NCBI RefSeq assembly: GCF_017302975.1
Contig: NZ_JAFIMT010000003.1
DNA: 64,000 nt
Direction: 5' to 3' (one strand)
DNA from: Corallococcus exiguus
GTDB lineage: Bacteria > Myxococcota > Myxococcia > Myxococcales > Myxococcaceae
The notes below the pieces were generated by a model, which made no database searches, was not told the origin of the DNA, and saw nothing but the letters and a program-made list of their open reading frames with translations. The position numbers and the translations under genes were made by a program. The number at the start of each line of letters is the position of its first letter. The stretch's first letter is position 1. Of this stretch, positions 20,900 through 31,630 are shown piece after piece.

Positions 20900-21658
20900 T
20901 CAGCCCAGGGACTTCACGGCGCGGACGCCGATGACGACTTCGTAGTGGGGGTCATGCACGTCCAGGTCGGCGGTTCGCAGGTCCTCCCGGGCCAGGCCGT
21001 GCAGGGTCGCGACGGCGGCGCGGACGTTCCCGAAGGACTCCACCCACACGTTGCCGGGGCCGAAGGACTGCTCAAAGAGGCGGTGGACGGAGCGGGAGGT
21101 GAACCGCCAGCAGTCCGGCCACTGCTCCATCGCGCCCCAGTCCACCTTGATGATGCCGGGCACGGTCAGCAGCGCCACGCCGCCCGGCTGGAGGATGCGG
21201 TGCAGCTCCCGCACGGCGGCCTGGACATCGAAGACGTACTGCAACACCTGGGTGAAGAGGACGCAGTCGAACGCACCCGACGGGATGTCGACCGCGTGGG
21301 CGATGTCTCCCACGAAGGTGGCTTCCGGGTTCCCAGGAAGCGCGTGGAGGATGTCGGAGCGGGTGACACGGCTGGCGCCGAACCGCCGCGTGTAGCGCGC
21401 GTCCCCGACCTCCAGCGTTCTGCCCTGGACGTCGGCCGCGTGACGCTCCAGGAAGCGCTCGATGTAATAGCGATCAATAGGCTGGCCGCGGTCGTGTCCC
21501 CAGTGCGTGCCGATGGGCGTCTGACGCCCCAGGCTGCCCCACCGCACCCGCCCGCTGGAGACCTGGCGCTTGTGATGGGCCAGCCACTGATAGATGCCTT
21601 CGGGCACAACAGCCCGGAAGAGTCGCTTCGCCCCTGTGGGAGTCATTGGGCGATACAA
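20900..21658 (-). CDS. Putative SAM-dependent methyltransferase
   Basis: TLEVGDARYTRRFG glycine-rich region and LQPGGVALLTVPG resemble class I MTase motifs I and post-I/II; weak. Confidence 0.45.
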   Translation of the reverse strand: MYRPMTPTGAKRLFRAVVPEGIYQWLAHHKRQVSSGRVRWGSLGRQTPIGTHWGHDRGQPIDRYYIERFLERHAADVQGRTLEVGDARYTRRFGASRVTRSDILHALPGNPEATFVGDIAHAVDIPSGAFDCVLFTQVLQYVFDVQAAVRELHRILQPGGVALLTVPGIIKVDWGAMEQWPDCWRFTSRSVHRLFEQSFGPGNVWVESFGNVRAAVATLHGLAREDLRTADLDVHDPHYEVVIGVRAVKSLG

Positions 21659-21690
21659 TCAAACACAGCCACAGGGAGCAACTTCACCGG

Positions 21691-21715
21691 AACGTGTCTC
21701 GAATTGAGACACGTT
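21691..21715. promoter_or_regulatory. Perfect 10-bp-arm palindrome AACGTGTCTC-GAATT-GAGACACGTT (GTCTC-N5-GAGAC core); operator and/or terminator hairpin downstream of serC
   Basis: Lies in the 71-bp gap between the serC stop (21730) and the methyltransferase start (21658); no U-tract follows. Confidence 0.55.
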
Positions 21716-21729
21716 CGCCGGTGCGCGGG

Positions 21730-22818
21730 CTACCCGTTGCGCTTCGCGAAGTCGTCCATGAATGAGACCAGCGTCTTCACGTGATCCACGGTCACCGCGT
21801 TGTAGAGGGACACGCGGATGCCGCCCGTGATTCGGTGGCCCTTCATGCCCACCATGCCGGCCTTGGCGCCTTCGGCCACGAAGGCGTCCTCCAGCTTTTC
21901 GTCCGGCAGGCGGAACACGACGTTCATGTACGAGCGCGACGCCTTCTCCACCGGGGCCCGGTAGAAGCCCGCGTTGCGGTCGATGGCCTTGTACAGCAGG
22001 TCGCCCTTCTCGCGGTTCCAGGCCTCCACCTGCTTCAGGCCGCCCACTCCCTTGATCCACGAGAGCACGTTGCGGCAGAGGTAGATGGAGAAGGTGGGGG
22101 GCGTGTTGTAGAGCGAGTTGTTCTCCGCGTAGGTCGTGTAGCGGAAGATCTTCGGGATGTCCTTACGGCCCTTCGCCATGAAGGACTTCTCCACCAGCAC
22201 CAGGACGATGCCTGACGGCCCGATGTTCTTCTGGGCTCCGGCGTAGATGAGCGCGAAGCGGCTCACGTCGATGGGCTTCCACAGGATGTCGGAGCTCATG
22301 TCCGCCACCAGCGGCACCTGCCCCACTTCCGGGAACGTGTGCCATTGCGTCCCGAAGAGCGTGTTGTTGCTCGTCATGTGGACGTAGGCGGCCTTCGGGT
22401 CCAACTGGAGCTCGGCCTGGGTGGGGACGCGCGTGAAGCGCTTGTCCTTGTCCACCGTGTTCGCGGCGATGCGCGGCGTGCCGTAGTAGCGAGTCTCGTC
22501 CACCGCCTTCTCGCTCCAGCCTCCCGTCACCACGTAGTCCGCGGAGCCGCCCTGGGGCATGAAGTTCATGGGCACCTGCGCGAACTGCTGCGAGGCGCCG
22601 CCCTGGAGGAAGAGGATCTCGTGGGTGTCCGGAACGGCCAGCAGCTCCTTCACGAGGGCGATGGTCTCGTTGTGGACGGCCTCGAACGCCTTGCCCCGGT
22701 GGCTGTGCTCGATGATCGACATCCCCGTGCCCTGGAAGTCGAGCAGCTCGTCCCGGGCCCGCTCCAGCGCTGCCGTGGGGAGACCGGCCGGGCCGGGATT
22801 GAAGTTGATGACGCGCAT
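21730..22818 (-). CDS. serC: Phosphoserine aminotransferase
   Basis: [40 protein letters not shown].. collinear with SerC. Start ATG 22818; the ORF-track 5' extension is not coding-like. Confidence 0.9.
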   Translation of the reverse strand: MRVINFNPGPAGLPTAALERARDELLDFQGTGMSIIEHSHRGKAFEAVHNETIALVKELLAVPDTHEILFLQGGASQQFAQVPMNFMPQGGSADYVVTGGWSEKAVDETRYYGTPRIAANTVDKDKRFTRVPTQAELQLDPKAAYVHMTSNNTLFGTQWHTFPEVGQVPLVADMSSDILWKPIDVSRFALIYAGAQKNIGPSGIVLVLVEKSFMAKGRKDIPKIFRYTTYAENNSLYNTPPTFSIYLCRNVLSWIKGVGGLKQVEAWNREKGDLLYKAIDRNAGFYRAPVEKASRSYMNVVFRLPDEKLEDAFVAEGAKAGMVGMKGHRITGGIRVSLYNAVTVDHVKTLVSFMDDFAKRNG

Positions 22819-22861
22819 GGCAGTGTCCTCTGGCAAGTGAACCGCCCCGGCATTCTCGCCG

Positions 22862-23851
22862 GTGGAACTCCGGGGGTCACGAGCAACGTGGGCTCGGGCG
22901 GACGGTGGCCTTCGTCCGCCCGGTGGGGGTGGTAGCGTCCCAGGCGTGTCCCCTGCTCCCACTCCTTTGGCCTCCGCCTTTCTCGCGGCTCCTGGCCGCG
23001 CGTCTGCTTCGCTCGCGGAGCCCTCGCGCCTGGAGGAGTTGCTCCGTGCGTCGCTCGAGCGCGCCCGGTCGCGCTGGCCCGGGCTGGAGCTGGAGGCGCT
23101 CGCCTTCGTGGTGTTCGTCGCTGAGCGATTGACGTCTCCAACGGGGCTGCTGGAGGCGCTCGAAGGGGCCTCGCCTGCCTTCTCGGAGTTGTACCTGGCC
23201 TTCGGGTGCCTGCGGCACGACCGCGCCGCGCTCCAGTTCTTCGAGGACGGCTACCTTCGCGATGTCGGCGCGTTCGTGTCCGGCGTGGACCGCTCGCCCG
23301 CTTTCGTCGCGGAGGTGCGGCAGGTGCTCCGGGAGAAGCTGTTCACGGCTGCCGCTGGCTGTGAGCCGAAGATTTCGGAGTTCACCGGCGGCGGCGCGCT
23401 GGGCGGATGGGTGCGGGTGGCGGCGCTGCGCATCGCGCTCAACTTGAAGCGCTCCGAGACCCGGGCCGACACCGCCGCGCAGGACTCCGTCGAGTCCGCG
23501 TTCGGTGAACAGCTGGGGCCGGAGCTCGAACACCTGCGCTCGCGATACCGCGAGGCCTTCACGGAGGCCGTGCGCACGGCGCTGGGTGAGCTGTCCGACC
23601 GGGACCGCACGCTCATGCGCCTGTATCACGTGGAGTCGCTGTCGCTGGACGCCATCGCGGCGCTCTACCGCGTCCACATGTCCACGGTGTCGCGGTGGCT
23701 CAGCCGCGCGCGGGAGCAGGTGGCGGAGGCCACGACGCGGCGGCTCTGCGAACGCCTGGGGGTGGGCGCGTCCTCGGTGGACAGCATCGCGGCGCTGGTC
23801 GTGAGCCAGGTGGACCTCAGCCTGACGCGGCTGCTCGGTCCGGGGGGCTGA
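22862..23851 (+). CDS. RNA polymerase sigma factor, ECF-like (sigma-70 family)
   Basis: Region 4 [47 protein letters not shown]; region 2-like segment upstream. True start is probably internal (329 aa is long for an ECF sigma). Confidence 0.65.
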   Translation: MELRGSRATWARADGGLRPPGGGGSVPGVSPAPTPLASAFLAAPGRASASLAEPSRLEELLRASLERARSRWPGLELEALAFVVFVAERLTSPTGLLEALEGASPAFSELYLAFGCLRHDRAALQFFEDGYLRDVGAFVSGVDRSPAFVAEVRQVLREKLFTAAAGCEPKISEFTGGGALGGWVRVAALRIALNLKRSETRADTAAQDSVESAFGEQLGPELEHLRSRYREAFTEAVRTALGELSDRDRTLMRLYHVESLSLDAIAALYRVHMSTVSRWLSRAREQVAEATTRRLCERLGVGASSVDSIAALVVSQVDLSLTRLLGPGG

Positions 23852-23928
23852 ACTTTCGCTGCAAGGGATTTCCCGGCCGGTGTCAGGGCGTCGAAAGGCC
23901 CCTTCCGGGCCTCACCGAGGAAAGCCCC

Positions 23929-24891
23929 ATGCGCGTCTCTTCCTGGCTGTCCGTCGTCACCCTCGCCGCCACCGTCTCCGCCTGCGAGCCGGTCCCCGAC
24001 GATGCCCCCTCCATCCCCACCGAGGTGCAGTGGCCCGGCGAGGCCTTCTTTCCAGAGGGCATCGCGGCCTCGAAGGACGGCACGCTCTACGCGGGCAGCC
24101 TGGGCACCGGCGCCATCGCGCGCGCCAAGCCGGGCTCGCTGGGGGCCGAGGTCTTCGTCCCGGGCCGGGCCTCATTCGGCGTCTACGGGCTCGAGGTGGA
24201 TGAGGCCCACGACACGCTCTGGGCCTGCACCTACGACGACCTGCTGCTGCCCGCGCAGGCCTCGTACCTGAACGGGTATGCGCTCTCCACGGGTGCCCTG
24301 AAGGCCAGCCATGCCATGCCCAGCCAGGTCAGCTTCTGCAACGACGTCGCCGTCGATGCCGCGGGCAACGTGTACGTGACGGACTCGTTCGGGAACGCGG
24401 TCTTCCGGCTGGCCGTGGGTGGGACGGCGCTCGACACGTGGTCCTCGGATGCCGCGTACGAGCCCTCCGAGCCGGGCCTCATCACGCTCAACGGCATCGC
24501 CTACGACGGGGCGAACCGGCTCTACGTCGTGAAGAGCGACACGGGCGCGCTGTTCTCCATCGATATCCAGCCGGATGGCAGCGCGGCGGCGCCCGTGAAC
24601 ATCCCGGTGACGCCGGCGCTGGAGACGCCGGACGGGGTCGAGTGGGTGGATTCGGGCCGGCTGTTCGTCGTGGAGAACACGGTGGGGCGGGCTTCGCTGG
24701 TGACGCTGGGTGAAGGCGCTGGCGCGAAGGAGGTGCTCGCCAACGGCTTCGTGGAGCCGACCGCCGCCGCGATCACGAAGGACGGCGCGTGGGTGCTGGA
24801 GTCGCAGATGGGGTTCTTCTTCGGCACGCCGGGGACCCCGGCCCTGCCCTTCCGCGCGTACCGGGTCGCCGTCCCCCCTCTTCTGCCCTGA
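23929..24891 (+). CDS. Lipoprotein, putative six-bladed beta-propeller (SMP-30/gluconolactonase/LRE-like)
   Basis: RBS GAGGAAAG then ATG 23929. Signal peptide with lipobox (LAATVSAC), repeated YxxD/NVYVTD blade-like motifs. Confidence 0.5.
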   Translation: MRVSSWLSVVTLAATVSACEPVPDDAPSIPTEVQWPGEAFFPEGIAASKDGTLYAGSLGTGAIARAKPGSLGAEVFVPGRASFGVYGLEVDEAHDTLWACTYDDLLLPAQASYLNGYALSTGALKASHAMPSQVSFCNDVAVDAAGNVYVTDSFGNAVFRLAVGGTALDTWSSDAAYEPSEPGLITLNGIAYDGANRLYVVKSDTGALFSIDIQPDGSAAAPVNIPVTPALETPDGVEWVDSGRLFVVENTVGRASLVTLGEGAGAKEVLANGFVEPTAAAITKDGAWVLESQMGFFFGTPGTPALPFRAYRVAVPPLLP

Positions 24892-24921
24892 GCGCGAACA
24901 ATCCTAGAGTCGCGTCCCACC

Positions 24922-27645
24922 ATGTCGGGATGTCCCTCCGAGGAAACGATTCTCGCCTTCGTGGAGGACCGCCTGCCGCATGAGCAGCGCGCCCTCGCGG
25001 AGGCGCACCTGTCCCGCTGCGATTCCTGCGGGTCGCTGCTCGCGGCCGTCGCGGCGACGTGGCACGCGGAGGGCCGGTTCGTGGAGGCGGCTCCGCCCCG
25101 CTCGTTCGCTCCTGGGGAGCGGGTGGGGCCGTACGTCATCGTCGCCCATGCGGGCAGTGGCGCGATGGGGGACGTGTACCGGGCTCGCGATGGGCGGCTG
25201 GGACGGGACGTGGCCTTGAAGGTGCTCCCGCTCCGGTTCGCGCAGGACGCGGAGCGCCTGGCCCGTTTCCGACAGGAGGCCCGCGCGGCGGGCGCGCTGT
25301 CCCATCCCCACCTGCTCACGCTGTTCGACGTGGGGACCCACGAGGACGTGCCGTACCTCGTCACCGAGTGGCTGGAGGGGGGCACCCTGCGGGCGCGGCT
25401 GATGCGTGGGCCGCTTCCACCAGAGCAGGCGCTGCGGCTGGGCATCCAGTTGTCACAGGGGCTCGCGGCCGCGCACGCGCGTGGCGTCATCCACCGCGAC
25501 CTCAAGCCCGCGAACATCTTCCTGTGCTCGAACGGCAGCGCGCGGGTCCTCGACTTCGGGCTGGCCCGGCTCACCGAGCGCATCGAGGACGCCTCGCTCA
25601 CCCAGAGCGGCGCGGTGGTGGGCACCGCCGGGTACATGGCTCCGGAGCAGATCCGCGGCCAGGGCGTGGATGCTCGCGCGGATGTGTTCTCGCTCGGCGC
25701 GGTGCTCTACGAGGCCGTGAGCGGCCGTGCTCCCTTTGGCGGTGACAGCCCGGTGGAGCGGATGAGCGCCGCGCTCCGCGATGCGCCTCCCGTGCTGCCG
25801 GGAGAGCTGGGGACCGTGATTGCTCGCTGTCTGGCGAAGGATCCAGGCGAACGGTTCCAGTCCGCGCAGGACCTGGCCTTCGCCCTGGAGTCCATCGCGG
25901 CTCGTGGTGTGCCCCTGGCCTTGCGGCGCGGAGTGTTCCCACGCCCTGCCCTGTGGGTGGCCGCGGCGGCCGTGCTGCTGTCTGTCGTGGGTGGCTTCCT
26001 GGCGTTCGGACACAGGCCGGCGACTGCGGCGGTGCCAACGGCGCAGTCCTCACGCCCGACGTTCCGCCCCGTCACGTTCCGCCGGGGCCACGTGCTCAAC
26101 GCCCGGTTCTCCGCGGACGGACACACGTTGCTCTATGGCGCGGCGTGGGAGGGAGGACCCGCGGAGCTCTACAGCGCGCGCACGGAGCGTCCGCTGTCAC
26201 AACCGCTGGGGCAGCACGCGGATGTGCTCGCCGCGTCCTCGAAGGGGGAGCTGGCGGTGCTGCTCGAGCCCCGGTTCTTCGACGCCGAGCATGGCAGCGG
26301 GACGCTCGGCTTGATGCCGCTCGCGGGCGGCGCGCCCCGGGCCGTGCTCGATGGCGTGCTGGAGGCGGACTGGGGACGTGCGGATGGACCGCTCGCGGTG
26401 GTGCGCCGCGTGGGCGAGAACTTCCGGCTGGAGCAGCCCCCCGGCACGGTGCGCTTCGAATCCCAGGGATGGATCAGCCACGCACGCGTCTCCCCCGACG
26501 GAGCGCGGATCGCCTTTCTGTTCCATGCACATCCCAAGGACGACCGGGGCGGGGTCTGGGTGCTGGAGAAGGACGGTCCGCCCCGCGAGCTTTCGTCGGG
26601 CTGGGCGAGCATCCGGGGGCTGGCGTGGTCTCCCGATGGAAGCGAGGTGTGGTTCACCGCCTCGCGTACAGGCGCGGACTCCGAGCTGTTCGCGGTCGAC
26701 CTGCGCGGCACGACGCGGCCGGTGGATCGGATCGCCGGGCGGATGGTGCTGCATGACATCTCCCAGGACGGCTCCGTCCTGGTGGATCACCCGGTGATCC
26801 GCACGGGGCTGGCGTTCGGGCACGCGGGCACGGAGCGGGACCTGACGTGGTCGGACTCGTCGTTCATGACGGACATGTCCCGCGATGGCCGGACCTTCCT
26901 CTTCACCGAGGGCGCGGAGGTGGAGGGCCCCACCTACGGCGCCTATCTGCGCACCTCCGATGGCGCACCACCGATCCGCCTGGGCGACGGCATCCCCATG
27001 GCGCTGTCTCCGGACGGCAAGCAGGTGCTGCTGGTGCGCTACGGCGAACAGATGGAGTTCCTGCTGCTGCCCACGGGCGCGGGCGAGCCTCGGTCGCTGT
27101 CGCTCGCTCCTGTCACCACGGTGCTCACGGCGCGCTGGTTCCCGGATGGGAAGCGGTTGCTCCTTCGCGCGCACGAAGAGGGACGTCCTGCCCGGCTCTG
27201 GGTCTTCGAACCCGGCTCTGGAGCCCCCAGGCCCATCACAGAGGAAGGCACGGGCTTCCACACGGTCATCTCTCCGGACGGAGCACGGCTCGCGGCGGTG
27301 GATGCGGAGGGAAACCTTCGCATGTTCTCCGCGACCGGCGAGGCGCTGGAAACGGTCCCCGGTCAGTTCACGGATCAATGGGTCGTGGGCTGGGACGCGA
27401 GCGGAACGGCGCTCTACCTGCGAAGCATCTCGCTCCCGGTGCGCGTCTCCAGGGTCGACGTGAAGACTGGCGCGAGCACGCCACACCTGACCCTTCCGGC
27501 GGGGGGCGTCATGCCGGGCCTCATCTCCGTGATGACGCTGGCGATCTCCGAGGACGGAAAGTTCTACACATACAGTTACAACGAAGCGCTTTCCCGGCTG
27601 TATCTGGTGAAAGGATTGGTGGGAGCCCGGTCTTCCCCGCAATAG
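24922..27645 (+). CDS. Ser/Thr protein kinase with N-terminal zf-HC2 anti-sigma-like domain, one TM segment and C-terminal TolB-like beta-propeller
   Basis: N-terminus CPSEETILAFVEDRL..HLSRCDSCG (zf-HC2 anti-sigma motif). Kinase motifs GSGAMGDVY, VALKVL, HRDLKPANIF, DFGLAR, GYMAPE. TM (LWVAAAAVLLSVVGGFLAF). C-terminal repeated PDG..AF.. blade motifs. Confidence 0.85.
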   Translation: MSGCPSEETILAFVEDRLPHEQRALAEAHLSRCDSCGSLLAAVAATWHAEGRFVEAAPPRSFAPGERVGPYVIVAHAGSGAMGDVYRARDGRLGRDVALKVLPLRFAQDAERLARFRQEARAAGALSHPHLLTLFDVGTHEDVPYLVTEWLEGGTLRARLMRGPLPPEQALRLGIQLSQGLAAAHARGVIHRDLKPANIFLCSNGSARVLDFGLARLTERIEDASLTQSGAVVGTAGYMAPEQIRGQGVDARADVFSLGAVLYEAVSGRAPFGGDSPVERMSAALRDAPPVLPGELGTVIARCLAKDPGERFQSAQDLAFALESIAARGVPLALRRGVFPRPALWVAAAAVLLSVVGGFLAFGHRPATAAVPTAQSSRPTFRPVTFRRGHVLNARFSADGHTLLYGAAWEGGPAELYSARTERPLSQPLGQHADVLAASSKGELAVLLEPRFFDAEHGSGTLGLMPLAGGAPRAVLDGVLEADWGRADGPLAVVRRVGENFRLEQPPGTVRFESQGWISHARVSPDGARIAFLFHAHPKDDRGGVWVLEKDGPPRELSSGWASIRGLAWSPDGSEVWFTASRTGADSELFAVDLRGTTRPVDRIAGRMVLHDISQDGSVLVDHPVIRTGLAFGHAGTERDLTWSDSSFMTDMSRDGRTFLFTEGAEVEGPTYGAYLRTSDGAPPIRLGDGIPMALSPDGKQVLLVRYGEQMEFLLLPTGAGEPRSLSLAPVTTVLTARWFPDGKRLLLRAHEEGRPARLWVFEPGSGAPRPITEEGTGFHTVISPDGARLAAVDAEGNLRMFSATGEALETVPGQFTDQWVVGWDASGTALYLRSISLPVRVSRVDVKTGASTPHLTLPAGGVMPGLISVMTLAISEDGKFYTYSYNEALSRLYLVKGLVGARSSPQ

Positions 27646-27687
27646 CGGTGCTAGACTTCCATTGCGGTCCAAACCCAACCGGAGGTC

Positions 27688-27900
27688 GTGATGAAGCTCA
27701 AGATGGCGCTGGCGGCGGTGGCGGCATGTCTGGGATTCGCGGCGGGATTCACCAACACCCAGGCCGAGGCGGCAGGTCCCTGTCCGTACTGTATCGACAT
27801 GCGCGCCCGGTGCATGCGCAACGCGACGACGCCGGCGCAGGAAGCCGCCTGTGACGACCAGTACCAGATGTGCCGCATTGACTGGTGCGAGCGGCACTGA
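27688..27900 (+). CDS. Small secreted Cys-rich peptide (70 aa)
   Basis: GGAGG RBS 9 nt upstream; signal peptide MMKLKMALAAVAACLGFAAG (possible lipobox VAAC); mature region carries 6 Cys (CPYC..C..C..C..C). Confidence 0.5.
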   Translation: MMKLKMALAAVAACLGFAAGFTNTQAEAAGPCPYCIDMRARCMRNATTPAQEAACDDQYQMCRIDWCERH

Positions 27901-27972
27901 ACGCATCCGAGAACCGCGCCGCTCCGGACCGTGCCGAGCCGGGCCGCGCGGTTCCCGTCACTTCACTTCACA

Positions 27973-28557
<585 letters not shown>

Positions 28558-28603
28558 CGGGTGCGTCCTTTCCGGGTTCAGTGAGGTTTCAGCTACTCGT
28601 TCG

Positions 28604-29104
28604 CTACTTCGGGGCGGGCCCTGGCTCCGGGTGCGCCGTCAGCGCGCGATACCCCCGGTTCCAGTAGAGCAACGGTTCTTCGTCCACTCCCCGCTGGATG
28701 CGCTCCACGCGGCCCACCAGCAACAGGTGATCGCCGTAACGGTGCACATCCAACAGAGCGCACGCCAGACCCACCAGGCTGTCCTGCACGAAGGCTCCTT
28801 CGTCGAACACCCGGCCTTCGGCCTCCCCCTTCGCGCAGCGGACCGACACGTCGCGTTGGATGGTGGACAGCACGCTCACACTGAAGCGGCGGGCGGCCTC
28901 CACCCGCTTGAGCGTGCGGGAGGACTGCTGCAGCGCCAGGACGATGAGCGGAGGCGTCAGGGAGAGGGAGCTGAAGGAGCTGACCGTCGTCGCCGCGATC
29001 CCGTCCGCGTCACGGACGGAGACCACCGCCACCCCGCTCGCCCACCGGGACATCGCCTCCCGGAAGTCCAGGGCCGACACCCCTTCAGTACCACTCTGAG
29101 TCAT
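28604..29104 (-). CDS. Flavin reductase family protein (FMN-binding split barrel)
   Basis: 166 aa; GVAVVS..TTVSSFSSLSLTPPLIVL.. pattern of HpaC/NADH:flavin oxidoreductase-like proteins. Confidence 0.65.
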   Translation of the reverse strand: MTQSGTEGVSALDFREAMSRWASGVAVVSVRDADGIAATTVSSFSSLSLTPPLIVLALQQSSRTLKRVEAARRFSVSVLSTIQRDVSVRCAKGEAEGRVFDEGAFVQDSLVGLACALLDVHRYGDHLLLVGRVERIQRGVDEEPLLYWNRGYRALTAHPEPGPAPK

Positions 29105-29157
29105 GTGCCGGTCTCTACCACCCGCCCCGCCACCCGGTCAGCACTTCCTCCAATCCA

Positions 29158-31599
29158 TTGGCGGAATACCAACGCAGTGGAACCTGCCCTCCGGGCCCGT
29201 CCATGGCCGGATCCACCCGCCCTCCGTATGCTGGCCGGCTGGAGGCGCCCATGGATCCGTTGTGGGGGGAGACGCTGAGGCGTCTGGATGCGCTGCTCGT
29301 CCAGGTGTGTGACCTGGAGGAGGCCCGCGCTTCGAAGCTCCGGGGGGAACAGGAGAATGGCTGGGATGCCGTGCGCACCACCGTGCGCCCTTCCACCGCC
29401 GAGCTCGCCTTCAGCTCGGCGCTCGCGGAGACGCCGCTGCTGGGGACTTCGCCTCCCCTTCCCTTCGCGCGGCTGCGGGCTTCGCTTCGCGTGGACACCG
29501 TGGAGGAGGAGGCGCTGCTGCTCCTGCTCGCGACGTGGCTGGAGCCCCGGTACTCGCGCCTGTTCGCCGTGCTCCAGGACGAGACCGCGCAGGGATGGAA
29601 CGTGGAGCGGTTGCTGCTCACCGTCCTGGGCCGCACGCCTGCTCGCGCGCAGCGCTTGCTGGCGTCTCTGACCGACAGCGGACTCCTGGTGGGCGGTGGA
29701 TTGTTGCAGACGGGCGCTGGCGCTTTTCCTCCCATGCTCCGGCCCGTGGACCTGGCTCCGGAGGTCCGCGAGGCCCTGCTGGAACTGCCCCGGCCCTCCG
29801 TGCTGGGCGAGCTCTCGCTGGAATGGCATGGACCGGAGGTGCTGCCGTCTTCGTCACCCGGGACGTTCGCCGTCGTGCATGGCGAGGGGGAGCGGCTGGG
29901 CGTGGCGCTGCGCCTCGCTGACGAAGCCGGTGTGCCGCTGGTTCTCGCCCGGTGGGCGGGGGCTCCGGAGCCGGTTTCCATGGCCCGGGCCCTGTGGCGT
30001 CTGGCGTCCGTGCGCGGCGCGATGCTGGCCGTGGACATGGCCGGTGGTGAGCGGGGGCTGGCACTTTCCGTCACGGAGACGCTGTCTGGCTTGTGCCAAC
30101 GGTTTGGCGGGCGGGCCCTGGTGCTCGCGGACTCCGCGCAGCCTTTCGCCGTGCCGCACCATGAGGCTCCCGCGCCGGGCTTCGTCCAGCGGCGAGCCTT
30201 GTGGCTGGAGGAGGCCCGGGTCCGGGGACTGTCATTGACGGAAGCGGACGCGGGACGGCTGGCGTCTGGCTTTCGGGGCGGGCTTCAGGAGATCCGCCGC
30301 GTGTTCGACTCGGCTCCGGGCGGTGACGCGGATACGCTTCGTGCCGCTGCCTCGCGGCTCGTCCAGGTGCCTTTGCGCCATGGCTACCGGCTGGAGACTT
30401 CGCGGACGTTCGCGGACCTCGTGGTGCGTGACACCACTCGCGCGGCCTTGGAGCGGCTGCTGTTCTACGTGGCCCAGCGCGACCGCGTCGCCGAGGAGCG
30501 TGGCCTGTCTCGTCGATTCCGGATGAACACCGGCCCGGTGGCACTCTTCTCCGGACGCTCCGGCACGGGGAAGACCCTGGCGGCGGAGGTCATCGCTCAT
30601 GCGGTGGGCCGGCCGCTGTATGTCATCGACCTGTCCCGGCTCGTCAGCAAGTACGTGGGCGAGACGGAGAAGAACATCGACGAGGTGCTGTCCCACGGCG
30701 AGCGCTCCGGCGCCGTGCTGTTCTTCGACGAGGCGGACTCGCTGTTCTCCGCGCGCACGGAGGTCAGCAATGCCAATGACCGCTTCGCCAACCTGGAGGT
30801 CGGCTTCCTCCTCCAGCGCATCGAACGTCACGACGGGCTGATCATCCTCGCCACCAATCTGCAGACGGCCATCGATGAAGCCTTCCTGCGCCGCTTCCAC
30901 GCGCGCATCGAGTTCCCCTTCCCCGAGGTCGACGAGCGCCGCCGCATCTGGGAGCTGATGCTTCCAGAGGGAGTGCCTCGCGAGGGGACGCTCGACCTGG
31001 CGGGACTGGCGCAGCGGCACCGGCTGGCGGGCGGCGACATCCGCAACGCCGCGCTCAAGGCCATCTTCCTCGCCGAACAGGCGGGTGCTCCGCTGGCCCA
31101 GGAGCACCTGGAGCGCGCCGTCGCGCTGGAGTTGTATGAACTGGGCCGGCTCTCTCGGCGTCCGGAGGCGGAGGCTCCCTCGGACGCGGGCACACGCCTT
31201 CGTCGCGTGGCGGAAGTGTTCCAGGAGGCACTGGACTCGCAGCTCAGACAACACTTCCTCAAGGAGGTCCACATCCTCCACGGCTCTCCCACCCGGGAGG
31301 CGCTCGCGGGGAAGCGGCCCGCCGTGTCGCTCGCGCTCTACCGGCTGGCTGTCACCCAGAACGGTGCGCTGCGGCTGGGGCTCATCGTCTCCGCGTGGTC
31401 CCACCGCGCGGAGGAGGAACATGAACTGCTCGGTGTGTTGCATGGGTTGCTCTCCCGTGGACTCCCGCACGAGCTGGATGGCCGCAAGCTCACACCTCGC
31501 GTCCAGGAGAGTTATGACTTCGACCTGCTCCATCGCTTCTGGAGCAGTCATGGACATCCCATCCGGGCCTCGCTGGTCCTCGATGTGGAGATGACCTAG
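29158..31599 (+). CDS. AAA+ ATPase, single C-terminal AAA domain (domain layout like contractile-injection-system ATPases)
   Basis: Walker A GRSGTGKTLAAE, Walker B VLFFDEADSLF, sensor and arginine-finger region; about 480-aa N-terminal domain without recognisable motifs. Start uncertain (M at 29158, 29203 or 29251). Confidence 0.7.
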   Translation: MAEYQRSGTCPPGPSMAGSTRPPYAGRLEAPMDPLWGETLRRLDALLVQVCDLEEARASKLRGEQENGWDAVRTTVRPSTAELAFSSALAETPLLGTSPPLPFARLRASLRVDTVEEEALLLLLATWLEPRYSRLFAVLQDETAQGWNVERLLLTVLGRTPARAQRLLASLTDSGLLVGGGLLQTGAGAFPPMLRPVDLAPEVREALLELPRPSVLGELSLEWHGPEVLPSSSPGTFAVVHGEGERLGVALRLADEAGVPLVLARWAGAPEPVSMARALWRLASVRGAMLAVDMAGGERGLALSVTETLSGLCQRFGGRALVLADSAQPFAVPHHEAPAPGFVQRRALWLEEARVRGLSLTEADAGRLASGFRGGLQEIRRVFDSAPGGDADTLRAAASRLVQVPLRHGYRLETSRTFADLVVRDTTRAALERLLFYVAQRDRVAEERGLSRRFRMNTGPVALFSGRSGTGKTLAAEVIAHAVGRPLYVIDLSRLVSKYVGETEKNIDEVLSHGERSGAVLFFDEADSLFSARTEVSNANDRFANLEVGFLLQRIERHDGLIILATNLQTAIDEAFLRRFHARIEFPFPEVDERRRIWELMLPEGVPREGTLDLAGLAQRHRLAGGDIRNAALKAIFLAEQAGAPLAQEHLERAVALELYELGRLSRRPEAEAPSDAGTRLRRVAEVFQEALDSQLRQHFLKEVHILHGSPTREALAGKRPAVSLALYRLAVTQNGALRLGLIVSAWSHRAEEEHELLGVLHGLLSRGLPHELDGRKLTPRVQESYDFDLLHRFWSSHGHPIRASLVLDVEMT

Positions 31600-31630
31600 C
31601 GTCCCTCGCGCTGATGGTGCGGGGGGGACC

